Positions 25,606-29,020 of a stretch of 29,020 nucleotides of DNA are shown here, piece by piece; within the stretch, counting starts at the first letter, position 1, and every line of letters starts with the position of its first letter. The notes under the pieces are model-generated. The model did no database searches and was not told the origin of the DNA. It was given only the letters and a program-made list of their open reading frames with translations. This DNA comes from Candidatus Micrarchaeota archaeon (GTDB lineage Archaea; Micrarchaeota; Micrarchaeia; Norongarragalinales; Norongarragalinaceae), in the NCBI GenBank assembly GCA_016207165.1, contig JACQQD010000010.1:1-29020 (forward strand). The letters run 5' to 3'. Position numbers and translations under genes: made by a program.

Positions 25606-26235
25606 TCACTGAAACAAGACCGCCCTTGCCGGCGCGGCCTCCCGTCCCTTGAGCTTCAACGGCAAACACACCAAAAAATATCTCCCGGGTTTGGCCTCCT
25701 TCAACCTCAACCCCTCGATAATGGCCACGCCTTCGTCCAGCAACGCGTGGTGCGTGGGGTGGTTCCCGGACTTGTACTTGTCAACACTCAACCCGTCCAC
25801 CCCCACCGCTTTGATGCCTTGCTTGGAGAGCCAAGCCGCGGCATCCGGAGAAACGGAAACGAAGTCCTCGCGCCACTTCGATTCCAACGAGTTGCGCGTC
25901 CGGAACAAAACGACGTCGCCTTTTTTCACGCCGGCACGTTGAACGGTTTCCAACGTCACCGCGGGCGCGTCCTTGGAGGCGTCAACGACCAACGCCTCGC
26001 CCACGAACGTGGAAAGCGGCAAATCATCCAGTCCCAAAGCACCCAACTTGAAGTGCATGGGCGCGTCCACGTGCGTGCCGGTGTGCGCGCCAAACGAGAT
26101 GCGCGTGACGAACGACGAGTTCTCCGGCAATTTCTTGGCCCACTCGAATTTCGGCACCGGGTCACCCTGGTACACCGGCATGTCTTCGGAAATCGACATG
26201 GACACGTCAATCATCTTAGAGTACGGAAACACCAT
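25606..26235 (-). CDS. Cyclase-family metal hydrolase (KynB-like)
   Basis: PVYQGDP, HTGTHVDAP.H, VGVD.LSVD, H..LL, IIEGL, LPLKL...EAAPARA. Confidence 0.93.
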   Translation of the reverse strand: MVFPYSKMIDVSMSISEDMPVYQGDPVPKFEWAKKLPENSSFVTRISFGAHTGTHVDAPMHFKLGALGLDDLPLSTFVGEALVVDASKDAPAVTLETVQRAGVKKGDVVLFRTRNSLESKWREDFVSVSPDAAAWLSKQGIKAVGVDGLSVDKYKSGNHPTHHALLDEGVAIIEGLRLKEAKPGRYFLVCLPLKLKGREAAPARAVLFQ

Positions 26236-26263
26236 GCACCCAACACCTCAAACCAACAACCCG

Positions 26264-27040
26264 TCACCAAAGTTCCACGTCTTTGGGATCCACCAACCAC
26301 GAAAAGAAATCCGGATTCTCCAAATACAACGCGTACGCGTAACCCTTCTCCAACGCTTCGGCAATCTCTGCGTTGACCATGCGGTTAAACTCCGGCGCAC
26401 GAATTCGTTCAAGCTCCGGCAAGTTCTTGAAGCTAGGGTTCTTTTTTTCCCCGGTCGTCGTCACGTAGTACGCGCCGCCCCTTCGTTGAATGTACGGCTC
26501 GTACACGCTCTTGAACGTCCGCTCGACAATGTTGTCCATCACCACGGGCGCTTGGCCTTTGTTCACGGTGATGTGCCCGTAATCCGGCGGCATGATGGCC
26601 TTCTCACCAGCCCGGCACTCAACCAAAAAACAGCGCTCAATCTCCAAGGTACCCGCCGGACTTGACTTGCGTTTTTGCAAAAGATAGTGCGCCGTTCCGT
26701 GCAGGACTTCGTACAATTCCGGATAGCTCAACGGGGGACGAACGGAATCCGGGTGGTAATGACCCAGCGTCTTGTTGTACTCGCTTCCCAGCATGACAGA
26801 CGGAACGACCGTAATGTCGTAACGCAGGGAACGGTCCGCAAACAAAGACCGGTCGTCCGGCTTGCCGGCCTCGCGGTACATGAAATACGTGCCCTGGCCA
26901 ACCTTTAACCCGTCGGCATCCAAAAGCACCGGCCGCATCTGCTTGACGGTCCGAATATCCGGCCCCAATTCCTGACCCTCAATGGACAAACGAAAATCAC
27001 TGGAAAGTTCCGTCAACAAACCCGCGTTCCTGATTTTCAT
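26264..27040 (-). CDS. pgi: Cupin-type glucose-6-phosphate isomerase family protein
   Basis: YFMYR, LRYDITV, EYNKTLGHYH, PELYEVL.G.A.YLLQ, PPDYGH.TVN, GGAYY. Confidence 0.88.
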   Translation of the reverse strand: MKIRNAGLLTELSSDFRLSIEGQELGPDIRTVKQMRPVLLDADGLKVGQGTYFMYREAGKPDDRSLFADRSLRYDITVVPSVMLGSEYNKTLGHYHPDSVRPPLSYPELYEVLHGTAHYLLQKRKSSPAGTLEIERCFLVECRAGEKAIMPPDYGHITVNKGQAPVVMDNIVERTFKSVYEPYIQRRGGAYYVTTTGEKKNPSFKNLPELERIRAPEFNRMVNAEIAEALEKGYAYALYLENPDFFSWLVDPKDVELW

Positions 27041-27076
27041 GGCCTACTCATTTTGGCAACGACAAATAAAACATGA

Positions 27077-27148
27077 AGCCCCGGGAGAGAATCGAACTCC
27101 CGACCCCCTGTTTACAAAACAGGTGCTCTGCCACTGAGCTACCGGGGC
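27077..27148 (-). tRNA. tRNA-Thr(TGT), no intron, CCA not encoded
   Basis: GCCCCGG TA GCTC AGTGGCA GAGC A CCTGT TT TGT AA ACAGG GGGTC GGGAG TTCGATT CTCTC CCGGGGC T. Confidence 0.97.
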
Positions 27149-27229
27149 ACCAAAAAAGAGGTCAACAGTATTTACCTGAAAGCGTATTTATTCCGTCCCA
27201 ACCAGGAACAAAACAGGTGAATGCCACTC

Positions 27230-27529
27230 ATGCAAACGTTCGTGTTCCAAGCCGATGACGCCAAGGAACTCAAGAAAGTACTGGAAGCAGACACGTTGGG
27301 CGAGCATTCCTTCACGCGGCTGGGCTACGTGCTGCGCGAAGGCAAAGCCTACGGAGTGCCTGGATACGTGCTTTACTTCAAAACCGACTCACCCGACCGC
27401 TACAAAACACAGCTTGACGCCGTTCCGAACTGCAAGGAGCTTGGCGGCGACGCGAAACGAAAAGTCGTGGACGGCATCGAAGGCGAGGAAGACAACGCCG
27501 CCGCCGGCTTTGGAACCGTATTCGGCTGA
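27230..27529 (+). CDS. Conserved archaeal hypothetical protein
   Basis: SD AGGTGA 9 nt before ATG 27230; SFxRxGYxLREG motif and C-terminal EE..AA.GFG..FG. Confidence 0.8.
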   Translation: MQTFVFQADDAKELKKVLEADTLGEHSFTRLGYVLREGKAYGVPGYVLYFKTDSPDRYKTQLDAVPNCKELGGDAKRKVVDGIEGEEDNAAAGFGTVFG

Positions 27530-27573
27530 ACCAATAAAACAAGATTTAACTATGCCGCCCGCGTGAACAGTTC

Positions 27574-28524
27574 ATGCGCACCCTGCTCGTTCAAAACGCC
27601 GCGGTCACGTCCGTCACCCAGTACGACCGATTGGCTCCGTTTGTCACCGACCAAAAAGCGCGTCTCTGGATCGACATTTCCGACCCCAAGAAAGAAGACC
27701 TCGAATTCCTGGAAAAAACGTTGGGAGTTCACCCATTGGTGCTGGAAGACGTGTCCAACCAACGCCAACGACCCAAAATGGAGCCCTACGACAACTGCTT
27801 GTACCTGGTACTGAAGACCGTGGACCCCCAAAACGGCAAAGCCTCCGCACAACTGAACCTCTTGCTTTCCAACAACTACCTCGTCACCATCCACCACGGC
27901 CCCATGGGCTTTTTGGACGGCATCTGGCAGAGAACCGAAAAAACGCCGGCCAACCTCGCCCGCGGCCCCGACTTCACGTTGTACACCCTATTGGACACGT
28001 TCGTCGACAACTTGGCGCCCGCCGTCACCGAATTCGACTTGCAAATCGACTCCATCGAGGAAAAAGTCTTCAAGGACCCAAACCCGGCCGTCATCGCCAA
28101 ACTCTTCGGCCTCAAACGCAAGATTTTCTACACCCGCCGCGCCGTCGCACCGCTTCGCGACGTGCTGACGTCGCTTTCCCGCCACGACACGCCGTTTGTC
28201 AACAAGAAAAACACGGTGTACTTCCGCGACGTGTACGACCACACGGTGCGCATCACCGAATCTTTGGACAACGCCCGCGAAATTCTGACGGCCGCCGTGG
28301 AAGTCTACGTGTCCAGCATTTCCAACAACCTCAACACCGTCATGAAAAGACTGACGGCCATCACGGCCATCATCATGGTGCCCAGCCTGGTGGCCGGCGT
28401 GTACGGAATGAATTTCGGCAACATCACGGATTACGCGTTTGGCGAAACCAAATTCGTTTTTTTGGCCATGGCCGCCTCCGTCTTCCTGCTGGGCGGATAC
28501 TTCCGGTGGAGAGGCTGGCTCTAA
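27574..28524 (+). CDS. corA: CorA Mg2+/Co2+ transporter
   Basis: WIDI, HPL.LED, QRPK.E.Y, YFRDVYDH, N.VMK.LT, YGMNF and two C-terminal TMs. Confidence 0.96.
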   Translation: MRTLLVQNAAVTSVTQYDRLAPFVTDQKARLWIDISDPKKEDLEFLEKTLGVHPLVLEDVSNQRQRPKMEPYDNCLYLVLKTVDPQNGKASAQLNLLLSNNYLVTIHHGPMGFLDGIWQRTEKTPANLARGPDFTLYTLLDTFVDNLAPAVTEFDLQIDSIEEKVFKDPNPAVIAKLFGLKRKIFYTRRAVAPLRDVLTSLSRHDTPFVNKKNTVYFRDVYDHTVRITESLDNAREILTAAVEVYVSSISNNLNTVMKRLTAITAIIMVPSLVAGVYGMNFGNITDYAFGETKFVFLAMAASVFLLGGYFRWRGWL

Positions 28525-28536
28525 GCCGTAAAACCA

Positions 28537-28543
28537 TTTATTA
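28537..28543 (+). promoter_or_regulatory. TATA box for the second C/D sRNA
   Basis: TTTATTA preceded by AAAA, about 27 nt upstream of the C box. Confidence 0.55.
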
Positions 28544-28565
28544 GCGTCCTCCGCCAAAGACCGCA

Positions 28566-28646
28566 TTGCATGATGAAGCATATGAGTGACGAGTCTTGCG
28601 CAAAGGATCGCGCAACACGATGACGAAGATCTTGAGTGCTGAAATT
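28566..28646 (+). ncRNA. C/D-box guide sRNA, predicted Cm34 guide for tRNA-Met(CAU) and tRNA-Leu(CAA)
   Basis: ATGATGA (C, 28570-28576), AGCATATGAGTG, ACGA (D'), TTGCGC/GCGCAA hairpin, GATGA (C'), CGAAGATCTTGAGTG, CTGA (D, 28639-28642), then a short T run. Confidence 0.88.
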
Positions 28647-28669
28647 GAATTTTAGAGAGGGAGCAACAC

Positions 28670-29020
28670 GTGATTGACGCCGACTTGAGGATTCGGGAAA
28701 TCATTCCGGAAACCCACGACGTCAAGACGTTGCGCTTTGACTTGGAAGGCCGAGAACTCGAGTTTTTGCCGGGCCAATTCTCTTCCATACAAGTCGACAC
28801 GCCGGAAGGTATACAATTCCGGTCGTTTTCCATCGCGTCCTCTCCATTGTAAAAATACCACGTCGACTTGACCATCAATCGGTACGACGACAGTTCCGCC
28901 GCGAAAGCGCTTCACGCCTTGAACGTCGGCGACTCAATTCACGTCAAGGCGCCGTTTGGAAAATTCGTTTTCAGCGAAACCGACGAGAACGTGGCCATGA
29001 TTGCCGGCGGCAACGGCATC
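28670..29020 (+). pseudogene. FNR-like FAD/NAD(P)-binding oxidoreductase interrupted by in-frame TAA (28850-28852); runs off right edge
   Basis: ETHDVKT, F.PGQF, RSFSIASSP, stop, then in the same frame L.VGD...VKAPFGKF and MIAGGNGI. Confidence 0.8.

Noticed and set aside
28850-28852. Stop-codon recoding (Sec, Pyl or alternative code)
   Set aside because: The codon is TAA rather than TGA or TAG, and TAA terminates several conserved genes here.

Overview
Archaeal chromosomal window, GC-rich. PolD genes, a BHB-type tRNA intron, C/D-box RNAs, compact genes and ORFans point to a DPANN lineage such as Micrarchaeota (inference). Housekeeping content: Hsp20, CPA2 antiporter, PhnP-like hydrolase, UPF0147, DNA polymerase D DP1 and DP2, PINA ATPase, cyclase-family hydrolase, cupin PGI, CorA, tRNA-Arg(CCT, intron) and tRNA-Thr(TGT). 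There is also a ~10.7 kb block of membrane-anchored surface proteins and the start of a fibre-like protein gene missing from the ORF track. Most notable: (1) two miniature 'self-repairing' insertions about 1.1 kb apart, one duplicating the tRNA-Arg 3' end and one replacing the last 26 codons of UPF0147 with a synonymously recoded copy, both carrying related GC-rich hairpins and with no integrase nearby; (2) two C/D-box guide RNAs absent from the ORF track, one predicted to methylate 23S U2552 plus a 16S 5'-region U, the other wobble C34 of both tRNA-Met(CAU) and tRNA-Leu(CAA); (3) an APH-like kinase overlapping both PolD genes; (4) an RHH gene in front of PINA; (5) an FNR-like gene broken by one in-frame TAA.
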